A DNA stretch of 64,000 bases from assembly GCA_964016885.1 (NCBI GenBank), contig OZ024743.1, positions 135,532,001 through 135,596,000 on the forward strand, read 5' to 3'. Made by a program: the position numbers and the translations under genes. Below are positions 1 through 11,489 of the stretch, one piece after another; position 1 is the stretch's first letter; each line of letters starts with the position of its first letter. The notes below the pieces were generated by a model. That model searched no databases and was not told the DNA's origin. It worked only from the letters and a program-made list of their open reading frames with translations. This DNA comes from Eledone cirrhosa. Its lineage: Eukaryota.

Positions 1-3000
1 TGGTACTTGGTGCATGGTGTTTGGTGCTTGGTGTTTGGTGTTTGGTGTTTGGTGCTTGGTGCTTGGTGTTTGGTGCTTGGTGCTTGGTGCTGGGTGGTTG
101 GTATTTGGTGCTTGGTGCTTGGTGTTTGGTGCTTGGTGCTTGGTGCTTGGTGTTTGGTGCTTGGTGCTTGGTGCTTGGTCTTTGGTGCTTGGTGTTTGGT
201 GTTTGGTGCTTGGTGCTTTGTGTTTGGTGCTTGGTGATTAGTGTTTGGTGCTTGGTACTTGGTGTTTGGTGCTTGGTGTTTGGTGTTTGCTGTTTGGTGT
301 ATGGTGTTTGGTGTTTGCTGTTTGGTGTCTGCTTTTTGGTGTTTGGTGTTTGCTGTATGGTGTTTGCTGTTTCGTGTTTGGTGTTTGCTGTTTGGTGTTT
401 GGTGTTTGCTGTTTGGTGTTTGGTCTTTGGTGCTTGGTGTTTGGTGCTTGGTGCTTGGTGTTTGGTGTTTGGTGCTTGGTGTCTGGTGCTTGGTGTCTGG
501 TGCTTGGTGTTTGGTGTTTGGTGTTTGGTGCTTGGTGTTTGGTGTTTGGTGTTTGGTGTTTGGTGCTTGTTGCTTGGTGCTTGGTGCTTGGTGTTTGGTG
601 CTTGGTGCTTGGTGTTTGGTGCTGGGTGCTTGGTGTTTGGTGCTTGGTGCTTGGTGCTTGGTGTTTGGTGTTTGGTGTTATATGCTTGGTGTTTGATGCT
701 TGGTGCTTGGTGCTTGGTGTTTGGTGTTTGGTGCTTGGTGTTTTATGCTTGGTGTTTGATGTTTGGTGCTTGGTGCTTGGTGTTTGGTGCTTGGTGCTTG
801 GTGTTTGTACTTGGTGCTTGGTGCTTGGTTCTTGGTGTTTGGTGCTTGGTGCTTGGTGCTTGGTGCTTGGTGTTTGGTGCTTGGGGTTTGGTGCTTGGTG
901 TTCGGTGCTTGCTGCCTGGTGCTTGGTGCTTGGTGCTTGGTGTTTGGTGCTTGGTGTTTGGTGCTTGGTATTAGGTGTTTGGTGCTTGGTGCTTGGTGTT
1001 TGGTGTTTGGTGCTTGGTGTTTGGTGCTTGGTGTTTGGTGTTTGGTGCTTGGTGTTTGGTGCTTGGTACTTGGTGCTTGGTGCTTGGTGTTAGGTGTTTG
1101 GTGCTTGGTGCTTGGTGTTTGGTTTTTGGTGCTTGGTGCTTGGTGTTTGGTGTTTGGTGCTTGCTGCTGGCTGCTTGGTGTTTGATGCTTGGTGATTGGT
1201 GCTTGGTGTTTGGTGCTTGGTGTTTGGTGTTTGGTACTAGGTGCTTGGTGCTTGGTGTTTGGTGCTTGGTGCTTGGTGTTTGGTGTTTGGTGCTTGGTGC
1301 TTGGTGTTTGGTGCTTGGTGCTGGGTTCTGGGTGGTTGGTGTTTGGTGCTTGGTGTATGGTGCTGGGTGCTTGGTGTTTGGTGCTTGGTGCTTGGTCTTT
1401 GGTGTTTGGTGTTTGGTGTTTGGGGCTTGGTGCTTGGTGCTTGGTGCTTAGTGTTTGGTGCTAGGTGCTTGGGGTTTGGTGTTTGGTGCTTGGTGCTTGG
1501 TGTTTGGTGCTTGGTGCTTGGTGTTTGGTGTTTGGTGCTTGGTGCTTGGTGTTTGGTGTTTCCTGTTTGCTGTTTGGTGTTTGGTGTTTGGTGTTTGCTG
1601 TTTGGTGTCTGCTTTTTGGTGTTTGGTGTTTGCTGTATGTTATTTGCTGTTTGGTGTTTGGTGTTTGGTGTTTGGTGCTTGGTGCTTGGTGTTTGGTGCT
1701 TGGTGCTTGGTGTTTGGTGCCTGGTGCTTGGGGCTTGGTGTTTGGTGTTTGGTGCTTGGTGCTTGGAGTTTGGTGTTTGGTGCTTGGTGCTTGGTGTTTT
1801 GTGTTTGGTGTTTGGTTTTTGGTGCTTGGTGCTTGGTGCTTGGTGCCTGGTCCTTGGTGTTTGGTGCTTGGTGCTTGGTGTTTGTACTTGGTGCTTGGTG
1901 CTTGGTGTTTGGTTCTTGGTTCTCGGTGTTTGGTACTTGGTGCTTGGTGCTTGGTGCTTGGTGTTTGGTGTTTGGTGTTTGGTGCTTGGTGCTTGGTGTT
2001 TGGTGCTTGGTGCTTGGTGCTGGGTGGTTGGTATTTGGTGCTTGGTGCTTGGTGTTTGGTGCTTGGTGCTTGGTGCTTGGTGTTTGGTGCTTGGTGCTTG
2101 GTGCTTGGTCTTTGGTGCTTGGTGTTTGGTGTTTGGTGCTTGGTGCTTTGTGTTTGGTGCTTGGTGATTAGTGTTTGGTGCTTGGTACTTGGTGTTTGGT
2201 GCTTGGTGTTTGGTGTTTGCTGTTTGGTGTTTGGTGTTTGGTGTTTGCTGTTTGGTGTCTGCTTTTTGGTGTTTGGTGTTTGCTGTATGGTGTTTGCTGT
2301 TTCGTGTTTGGTGTTTGCTGTTTGGTGTTTGGTGTTTGCTGTTTGGTGTTTGGTCTTTGGTGCTTGGTGTTTGGTGCTTGGTGCTTGGTGTTTGGTGTTT
2401 GGTGCTTGGTGTCTGGTGCTTGGTGTCTGGTGCTTGGTGTTTGGTGTTTGGTGTTTGGTGCTTGGTGTTTGGTGTTTGGTGTTTGGTGTTTGGTGCTTGT
2501 TGCTTGGTGCTTGGTGCTTGGTGTTTGGTGCTTGGTGCTTGGTGTTTGGTGCTGGGTGCTTGGTGTTTGGTGCTTGGTGCTTGGTGCTTGGTGTTTGGTG
2601 TTTGGTGTTATATGCTTGGTGTTTGATGCTTGGTGCTTGGTGCTTGGTGTTTGGTGTTTGGTGCTTGGTGTTTTATGCTTGGTGTTTGATGTTTGGTGCT
2701 TGGTGCTTGGTGTTTGGTGCTTGGTGCTTGGTGTTTGTACTTGGTGCTTGGTGCTTGGTTCTTGGTGTTTGGTGCTTGGTGCTTGGTGCTTGGTGCTTGG
2801 TGTTTGGTGCTTGGGGTTTGGTGCTTGGTGTTCGGTGCTTGCTGCCTGGTGCTTGGTGCTTGGTGCTTGGTGTTTGGTGCTTGGTGTTTGGTGCTTGGTA
2901 TTAGGTGTTTGGTGCTTGGTGCTTGGTGTTTGGTGTTTGGTGCTTGGTGTTTGGTGCTTGGTGTTTGGTGTTTGGTGCTTGGTGTTTGGTGCTTGGTACT

Positions 3001-3865
3001 TGGTGCTTGGTGCTTGGTGTTAGGTGTTTGGTGCTTGGTGCTTGGTGTTTGGTTTTTGGTGCTTGGTGCTTGGTGTTTGGTGTTTGGTGCTTGCTGCTGG
3101 CTGCTTGGTGTTTGGTGCTTGGTGATTGGTGCTTGGTGTTTGGTGCTTGTGGTGTTTGGTGTTTGGTACTAGGTGCTTGGTGCTTGGTGTTTGGTGCTTG
3201 GTGCTTGGTGTTTGGTGTTTGGTGCTTGGTGCTTGGTGTTTGGTGCTTGGTGCTGGGTTCTGGGTGGTTGGTGTTTGGTGCTTGGTGTATGGTGCTGGGT
3301 GCTTGGTGTTTGGTGCTTGGTGCTTGGTCTTTGGTGTTTGGTGTTTGGTGTTTGGGGCTTGGTGCTTGGTGCTTGGTGCTTAGTGTTTGGTGCTAGGTGC
3401 TTGGGGTTTGGTGTTTGGTGCTTGGTGCTTGGTGTTTGGTGCTTGGTGCTTGGTGTTTGGTGTTTGGTGCTTGGTGCTTGGTGTTTGGTGTTTCCTGTTT
3501 GCTGTTTGGTGTTTGGTGTTTGGTGTTTGCTGTTTGGTGTCTGCTTTTTGGTGTTTGGTGTTTGCTGTATGTTATTTGCTGTTTGGTGTTTGGTGTTTGG
3601 TGTTTGGTGCTTGGTGCTTGGTGTTTGGTGCTTGGTGCTTGGTGTTTGGTGCCTGGTGCTTGGGGCTTGGTGTTTGGTGTTTGGTGCTTGGTGCTTGGAG
3701 TTTGGTGTTTGGTGCTTGGTGCTTGGTGTTTTGTGTTTGGTGTTTGGTTTTTGGTGCTTGGTGCTTGGTGCTTGGTGCCTGGTCCTTGGTGTTTGGTGCT
3801 TGGTGCTTGGTGTTTGTACTTGGTGCTTGGTGCTTGGTGTTTGGTTCTTGGTTCTCGGTGTTTGG
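1..3865. repeat. Higher-order tandem duplication, unit ~1930 bp, 2 copies
   Basis: ORFs 241..696/2171..2626 and 245..1093/2175..3023 match at offset 1930. The offset becomes 1932 (1241/3173, 1465/3397) after a 9-bp monomer TTGTGGTGT at 3147-3155. The match ends just after TCTCGG at 1921/3853. Confidence 0.92.
273..426. repeat. Representative copy of the recurring T-ending, TTGCTGT-rich sub-domain (core GTCTGCTTTTTGGTGTTTGGTGTTTGCTGTATG)
   Basis: 22 consecutive monomers ending in T (154 bp) with no TTGGTGC. The core recurs roughly 60 times by manual scan, e.g. 327, 1607, 2257, 5521, 8673, 24717, 37470, 45813, 53119, 63923. Confidence 0.88.
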
Positions 3866-3999
3866 TTTTTGGTGCTAGGTGCTTGGTGCTTGGTGTTTGG
3901 TGCTTGGTGTTTGGTGTTTGGTGCTTGGAGCTTGGTGTTTGGTACTTGGTGCTTGGTGCTTGGTGTTTGGTGCTTGGTGCTTGGTGTTTGGTGTTTGGT

Positions 4000-6740
4000 G
4001 TTTGGTGCTTGGTGCTTGGTGTTTGGTGCTTGGTGCTGGGTGGTTGGTGTTTGGTGCTTGGTGCTTGGTGTTTTGTGCTAGGTGCATGGTGCCTGGTGTT
4101 TGGTGCTTGGTGCTTGGTGCTTGGTCTTTGGTGTTTGGTGTTTAGTGCTTGGTGCTTGGTGCTTGGTGCTTGGTGCTTGGTCCTTGGTGTTTGGTGCTTG
4201 GTGCTTGGTGTTTGGTGTTTGGTGCTTGGTGCTTGGTGCTTCGTGTTTGGTGTTTGGTGCTTGGTGTCTGGAGCTTGGTGTTTGGTGTTTGGTGCTTGGT
4301 GTTTGGTGTTTGGTGCTTGGTGCTTGGTGTTTGGTGCTTGGTGCATGGTGTTTGTACTTGGTGCTTGGTGCTTGGTGTTTGGTGCTTGGTTCTTGGTGTT
4401 TGGTGCTTGGTGTTTGGAGCTTGGTGCTTGGTGTTTGGTGCTTGGTGCTTGGTGTTTGTACTTGGTGCTTGGTGCTTGGTGTTTGGTGCTTGGTTCTTGG
4501 TGTTTGGTGCTTGGTGTTTGGAGCTTGGTGCTTGGTGTTTGGTGCTTGCTGCTTGGTGTTTGGTGTTTGGTGCTTGGTGCTTGGTGTTTGGTGTTTGGTG
4601 CTTGGTGTTTGGTGTTTGGTGCTTGGTGCTTGGTGTTTGTTGCTTGGTACTTGGTGCATGGTGTTTGGTGCTGGGTGCTTGGTGTTTTGTGCTTGGTTCT
4701 TGGTGTTTGGTGTTTGGTGCTTGGTACTTGGTGTCTGGAGCTTGGTGTTTGGTGTTTGGTGCTTGGTGTTTGGTGCTTGGTGCTTGGTGTTTGGTGTTTG
4801 GTGTTTGATGCTTGGTGTTTTATGCTTGGTGCTTGGTGTTTGGTGCTTGGTGTTTGTATTTGGTGCTTGGTGCTTGGTGTTTTGTGCTTGGTTCTTGGTG
4901 TTTGGTGTTTGGTGCTTGGTACTTGCTGCTTGGTGTTAGGTGTTTGGTGCTTGGTGCTTGGTGTTTGGTGTTTGGTCCTTGGTGCTTGGTGCTTGGTGTT
5001 TAGTGCTTGGTGCTTGGTGTTTGTTGTTTGGTGCTTTCTGTTTGCTGCTTGGTGTTTGCTGCTTGGTGCTTGGTGCTTGGTGTTTGGTTTTTGGTGCTAG
5101 GTGCTTGGTGTTTGGTGTTTGGTGTTTGATGCTTGGTTTTGGTGCTTGGTGTTTGGTGCTTGGTGCTTGGGGCTTGGTGTTTGGTGCTTGGTGCTTGGTG
5201 CTTGGTGTTTGGTGCTTGGTGCTTGGTGTTTGGTGTTTGGTGTTTGGTGCTTGGTGCTTGGTGTTTGGTGCTTGGTGCTTGGTGCTGGGTGGTTGGTATT
5301 TGGTGCTTGGTGCTTGGTGTTTGGTGCTTGGGGCTTGGTGCTTGGTGTTTGGTGCTTGGTGCTTGGTGCTTGTCTTTGGTGCTTGGTGTTTGGTGTTTGG
5401 TGCTTGGTGCTTTGTGTTTGGTGCTTGGTGATTAGTGTTTGGTGCTTGGTACTTGGTGTTTGGTGCTTGGTGTTTGGTGTTTGCTGTTTGGTGTTTGCTG
5501 TTTGCTGTTTGCTGTTTGGTGTCTGCTTTTTGGTGTTTGGTGTTTGCTGTATGGTGTTTGCTGTTTCGTGTTTGGTGTTTGCTGTTTGGTGTTTGGTGTT
5601 TGCTGTTTGGTGTTTGGTCTTTGGTGCTTGGTGTTTGGTGCTTGGTGCTTGGTGTTTGGTGTTTGGTGCTTGGTGCTTGGTGCTTGGTGTTTGGTGCTTG
5701 GTGCTTGGTGTTTGGTGTTTGGTGTTTGGTGCTTGGTGCTTGGTGTTTGGTGCTTGGTGCTGGGTGGTTGGTGTTTGGTGCTTGGTGCTTGGTGTTTCGT
5801 GCTAGGTGCATGGTGCTTGGTGTTTGGTGCTTGGTGCTTGGTGCTTGGTCTTTGGTGTTTGGTGTTTAGTGCTTGGTGCTTGGTGCTTGGTGCTTGGTGC
5901 TTGGTCCTTGGTGTTTGGTGCTTGGTGCTTGGTGTTTGGTGTTTGGTGCTTGGTGCTTGGTGCTTCGTGTTTGGTGTTTGGTGCTTGGTGTCTGGAGCTT
6001 GGTGTTTGGTGTTTGGTGCTTGGTATTTGGTGTTTGGTGCTTGGTGCTTGGTGTTTGGTGCTTGGTGCTTGGTGTTTGTACTTGGTGCTTGGTGCTTGGT
6101 GTTTGGTGCTTGGTTCTTGGTGTTTGGTGCTTGGTGTTTGGAGCTTGGTGCTTGGTGTTTGGTGCTTGGTGCTTGGTGTTTGTACTTGGTGCTTGGTGCT
6201 TGGTGTTTGGTGCTTGGTTCTTGGTGTTTGGTGCTTGGTGTTTGGAGCTTGGTGCTTGGTGTTTGGTGCTTGGTGCTTGGTGTTTGGTGTTTGGTGCTTG
6301 GTGCTTGGTGTTTGGTGTTTGGTGCTTGGTGTTTGGTGTTTGGTGCTTGGTGCTTGGTGTTTGTTGCTTGGTACTTGGTGCATGGTGTTTGGTGCTGGGT
6401 GCTTGGTGTTTTGTGCTTGGTTCTTGGTGTTTGGTGTTTGGTGCTTGGTACTTGGTGTCTGGAGCTTGGTGTTTGGTGTTTGGTGCTTGGTGTTTGGTGC
6501 TTGGTGCTTGGTGTTTGGTGTTTGGTGTTTGATGCTTGGTGTTTTATGCTTGGTGCTTGGTGTTTGGTGCTTGGTGTTTGTATTTGGTGCTTGGTGCTTG
6601 GTGTTTTGTGCTTGGTTCTTGGTGTTTGGTGTTTGGTGCTTGGTACCTGGTGCTTGGTGTTAGGTGTTTGGTGCTTGGTGCTTGGTGTTTGGTGTTTGGT
6701 CCTTGGTGCTTGGTGCTTGGTGTTTAGTGCTTGGTGCTTG
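4000..6740. repeat. Segment duplication at offset 1724 bp (~4000-5020 vs ~5720-6740)
   Basis: ORF pairs 4082..4939/5806..6663, 4149..4808/5873..6532 and 4812..5003/6536..6727 are near-identical. Confidence 0.88.
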
Positions 6741-7479
6741 GTGTTTGGTGTTTGGTGCTAGGTGCTTGGTGTTTGGTGTTTGGTGTTTGATGCTTGGTGT
6801 TTGGTGCTTGGTGTTTGGTGCTTGGTGCTTGCTGCTGGCTGCTTGGTGTTTGGTGCTTGGTGATTGGTGCTTGGTGTTTGGTGCTTGGTGTTTGGTGTTT
6901 GGTGCTAGGTGCTTGGTGCTTGGTGTTTGGTGCTTGGTGCTTGGTGTTTGGTGTTTGGTGCTTTGTGCTTGTTGTTTGGTGCTTTCTGTTTGCTGCTTGG
7001 TGTTTGCTGCTTGGTGCTTGGTGCTTGGTGTTTGGTGTTTGGTGCTAGGTGCTTGGTGTTTGGTGTTTGGTGTTTGATGCTTGGTGTTTGGTGCTTGGTG
7101 TTTGGTGCTTGGTGCTTGGGGCTTGGTGTTTGGTGCTTGGTGCTTGGTGCTTGGTGTTTGGTGCTTGGTGCTTGGTGTTTGGTGTTTGGTGTTTGGTGCT
7201 TGGTGCTTGGTGTTTGGTGCTTGGTGCTTGGTGCTGGGTGGTTGGTATTTGGTGCTTGGTGCTTGGTGTTTGGTGCTTGGTGCTTGGTGCTTGGTGCTTG
7301 GTGCTTGGTGCTTGGTGCTGGGTGGTTGGTGTTTGGTGCTTGGTGATTAGTGTTTGGTGCTAGGTGCTTGGGGTTTGGTGTTTGGTGCTTGGGGTTTGGT
7401 GTTTGGTGCTTGGTACTTGGTGTTTGGTGCTTGGTGTTTGGTGTTTGCTGTTTGGTGTTTGGTGTTTGGTGTTTGCTGT

Positions 7480-10400
7480 ATGGTGTTTGCTGTTTCGTGT
7501 TTGGTGTTTGCTGTTTGGTGTTTGGTGTTTGCTGTTTGGTGTTTGGTGTTTGCTGTTTGGTGTTTGGTATTTGGTGCTTGGTGTTTGGTGCTTGGTGCTT
7601 GGTGTTTGGTGTTTGGTGCTTGGTGCTTGGTGCTTGGTGTTTGGTGCTTGGTGCTTGGTGTTTGGTGTTTGGTGTTTGGTGCTTGGTGCTTGGTGTTTGG
7701 TGCTTGGTGTTTGGTGGTTGGTGTTTGGTGCTTGGTGCTTCTGTGTTTCGTGCTAGGTGCATGGTGCTTGATGTTTGGTGCTTGGTGCTTGGTGCTTGGT
7801 CTTTGGTGTTTGGTGTTTAGTGCTTGGTGCTTGGTGCTTGGTGCTTGGTGCTTGGTCCTTGGTGTTTGGTGCTTGGTGCTTGGTGTTTGGTGTTTGGTGC
7901 TTGGTGCTTGGTGCTTCGTGTTTGGTGTTTGGTGCTTGGTGTCTGGAGCTTGGTGTTTGGTGTTTGGTGCTTGGTGCTTGGTGTTTGGTGCTTGGTGCTT
8001 GGTGTTTGTACTTGGTGCTTGGTGCTTGGTGTTTGGTGCTTGGTTCTTGGTGTTTGGTGTTTGGTGCTTGGTACTTGGTGCTTGGTGTTAGGTGTTTGGT
8101 GCTTGGTGCTTGGTGTTTGGTGTTTGGTCCTTGGTGCTTGGTGCTTGGTGTTTAGTGCTTGGTGCTTGGTGTTTGTTGTTTGGTGCTTTCTGTTTGCTGC
8201 TTGGTGTTTGCTGCTTGGTGCTTGGTGCTTGGTGTTTGGTGTTTGGTGCTAGGTGCTTGGTGTTTGGTGTTTGGTGTTTGATGCTTGGTTTTGGTGCTTG
8301 GTGTTTGGTGCTTGGTGCTTGGGGCTTGGTGTTTGGTGCTTGGTGCTTGGTGCTTGGTGTTTGGTGCTTGGTGCTTGGTGTTTGGTGTTTGGTGTTTGGT
8401 GCTTGGTGCTTGGTGTTTGGTGCTTGGTGCTTGGTGCTGGGTGGTTGGTATTTGGTGCTTGGTGCTTGGTGTTTGGTGCTTGGGGCTTGGTGCTTGGTGT
8501 TTGGTGCTTGGTGCTTGGTGCTTGTCTTTGGTGCTTGGTGTTTGGTGTTTGGTGCTTGGTGCTTTGTGTTTGGTGCTTGGTGATTAGTGTTTGGTGCTTG
8601 GTACTTGGTGTTTGGTGCTTGGTGTTTGGTGTTTGCTGTTTGGTGTTTGCTGTTTGCTGTTTGCTGTTTGGTGTCTGCTTTTTGGTGTTTGGTGTTTGCT
8701 GTATGGTGTTTGCTGTTTCGTGTTTGGTGTTTGCTGTTTGGTGTTTGGTGTTTGCTGTTTGGTGTTTGGTCTTTGGTGCTTGGTGTTTGGTGCTTGGTGT
8801 TTGGTGTTTGGTGCTTGGTGCTTGGTGCTTGGTGTTTGGTGCTTGGTGCTTGGTGTTTGGTGTTTGGTGTTTGGTGCTTGGTGCTTGGTGTTTGGTGCTT
8901 GGTGCTGGGTGGTTGGTGTTTGGTGCTTGGTGCTTGGTGTTTCGTGTTAGGTGCATGGTGCTTGGTGTTTGGTGCATGGTGCTTGGTGCTTGGTCTTTGG
9001 TGTTTGGTGTTTAGTGCTTGGTGCTTGGTGCTTGGTGCTTGGTGCTTGGTCCTTGGTGTTTGGTGCTTGGTGCTTGGTGTTTGGTGTTTGGTGCTTGGTG
9101 CTTGGTGCTTCGTGTTTGGTGTTTGGTGCTTGGTGTCTGGAGCTTGGTGTTTGGTGCTTGGTGATTAGTGTTTGGTGCTTGGTACTTGGTGTTTGGTGCT
9201 TGGTGTTTGGTGTTTGCTGTTTGGTGTTTGCTGTTTGCTGTTTGCTGTTTGGTGTCTGCTTTTTGGTGTTTGGTGTTTGCTGTATGGTGTTTGCTGTTTC
9301 GTGTTTGGTGTTTGCTGTTTGGTGTTTGGTGTTTGCTGTTTGGTGTTTGGTCTTTGGTGCTTTCTGTTTGCTGCTTGGTGTTTGCTGCTTGGTGCTTGGT
9401 GCTTGGTGTTTGGTGTTTGGTGCTAGGTGCTTGGTGTTTGGTGTTTGGTGTTTGATGCTTGGTGTTTGGTGCTTGGTGTTTGGTGCTTGGTGCTTGGGGC
9501 TTGGTGTTTGGTGCTTGGTGCTTGGTGCTTGGTGTTTGGTGCTTGGTGCTTGGTGTTTGGTGTTTGGTGTTTGGTGCTTGGTGCTTGGTGTTTGGTGCTT
9601 GGTGCTTGGTGCTGGGTGGTTGGTATTTGGTGCTTGGTGCTTGGTGTTTGGTGCTTGGGGCTTGGTGCTTGGTGTTTGGTGCTTGGTGCTTGGTGCTTGT
9701 CTTTGGTGCTTGGTGTTTGGTGTTTGGTGCTTGGTGCTTTGTGTTTGGTGCTTGGTGATTAGTGTTTGGTGCTTGGTACTTGGTGTTTGGTGCTTGGTGT
9801 TTGGTGTTTGCTGTTTGGTGTTTGCTGTTTGCTGTTTGCTGTTTGGTGTCTGCTTTTTGGTGTTTGGTGTTTGCTGTATGGTGTTTGCTGTTTCGTGTTT
9901 GGTGTTTGCTGTTTGGTGTTTGGTGTTTGCTGTTTGGTGTTTGGTATTTGGTGCTTGGTGTTTGGTGCTTGGTGCTTGGTGTTTGGTGTTTGGTGCTTGG
10001 TGCTTGGTGCTTGGTGTTTGGTGCTTGGTGCTTGGTGTTTGGTGTTTGGTGTTTGGTGCTTGGTGCTTGGTGTTTGGTGCTTGGTGCTGGGTGGTTGGTG
10101 TTTGGTGCTTGGTGCTTCTGTGTTTCGTGCTAGGTGCATGGTGCTTGATGTTTGGTGCTTGGTGCTTGGTGCTTGGTCTTTGGTGTTTGGTGTTTAGTGC
10201 TTGGTGCTTGGTGCTTGGTGCTTGGTGCTTGGTCCTTGGTGTTTGGTGCTTGGTGCTTGGTGTTTGGTGTTTGGTGCTTGGTGCTTGGTGCTTCGTGTTT
10301 GGTGTTTGGTGCTTGGTGTCTGGAGCTTGGTGTTTGGTGTTTGGTGCTTGGTGCTTGGTGTTTGGTGCTTGGTGCTTGGTGTTTGTACTTGGTGCTTGGT

Positions 10401-11480
10401 GCTTGGTGTTTGGTGCTTGGTTCTTGGTGTTTGGTGTTTGGTGCTTGGTACTTGGTGCTTGGTGTTAGGTGTTTGGTGCTTGGTGCTTGGTGTTTGGTGT
10501 TTGGTCCTTGGTGCTTGGTGCTTGGTGTTTAGTGCTTGGTGCTTGGTGTTTGTTGTTTGGTGCTTTCTGTTTGCTGCTTGGTGTTTGCTGCTTGGTGCTT
10601 GGTGCTTGGTGTTTGGTGTTTGGTGCTAGGTGCTTGGTGTTTGGTGTTTGGTGTTTGATGCTTGGTTTTGGTGCTTGGTGTTTGGTGCTTGGTGCTTGGG
10701 GCTTGGTGTTTGGTGCTTGGTGCTTGGTGCTTGGTGTTTGGTGCTTGGTGCTTGGTGTTTGGTGTTTGGTGTTTGGTGCTTGGTGCTTGGTGTTTGGTGC
10801 TTGGTGCTTGGTGCTGGGTGGTTGGTATTTGGTGCTTGGTGCTTGGTGTTTGGTGCTTGGGGCTTGGTGCTTGGTGTTTGGTGCTTGGTGCTTGGTGCTT
10901 GTCTTTGGTGCTTGGTGTTTGGTGTTTGGTGCTTGGTGCTTTGTGTTTGGTGCTTGGTGATTAGTGTTTGGTGCTTGGTACTTGGTGTTTGGTGCTTGGT
11001 GTTTGGTGTTTGCTGTTTGGTGTTTGCTGTTTGCTGTTTGCTGTTTGGTGTCTGCTTTTTGGTGTTTGGTGTTTGCTGTATGGTGTTTGCTGTTTCGTGT
11101 TTGGTGTTTGCTGTTTGGTGTTTGGTGTTTGCTGTTTGGTGTTTGGTCTTTGGTGCTTGGTGTTTGGTGCTTGGTGTTTGGTGTTTGGTGCTTGGTGCTT
11201 GGTGCTTGGTGTTTGGTGCTTGGTGCTTGGTGTTTGGTGTTTGGTGTTTGGTGCTTGGTGCTTGGTGTTTGGTGCTTGGTGCTGGGTGGTTGGTGTTTGG
11301 TGCTTGGTGCTTGGTGTTTCGTGCTAGGTGCATGGTGCTTGGTGTTTGGTGCATGGTGCTTGGTGCTTGGTCTTTGGTGTTTGGTGTTTAGTGCTTGGTG
11401 CTTGGTGCTTGGTGCTTGGTGCTTGGTCCTTGGTGTTTGGTGCTTGGTGCTTGGTGTTTGGTGTTTGGTGCTTGGTGCTT
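7480..11480. repeat. Segment duplication at offset 2377 bp (~7480-9100 vs ~9860-11480)
   Basis: ORF pairs 7775/10152, 7824/10201, 8092/10469, 8253/10630 and 8285/10662 match. Both copies share the 8-bp monomer TTCTGTGT (~7739, ~10116). 5133..5435 also matches 8285..8587 (offset 3152). Confidence 0.88.
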
Positions 11481-11489
11481 GGTGCTTGG

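Noticed and set aside
679-685. TATAT-like motif (TATATGC) as a possible promoter element
   Set aside because: It is an in-register variant monomer with no downstream gene or other promoter context.
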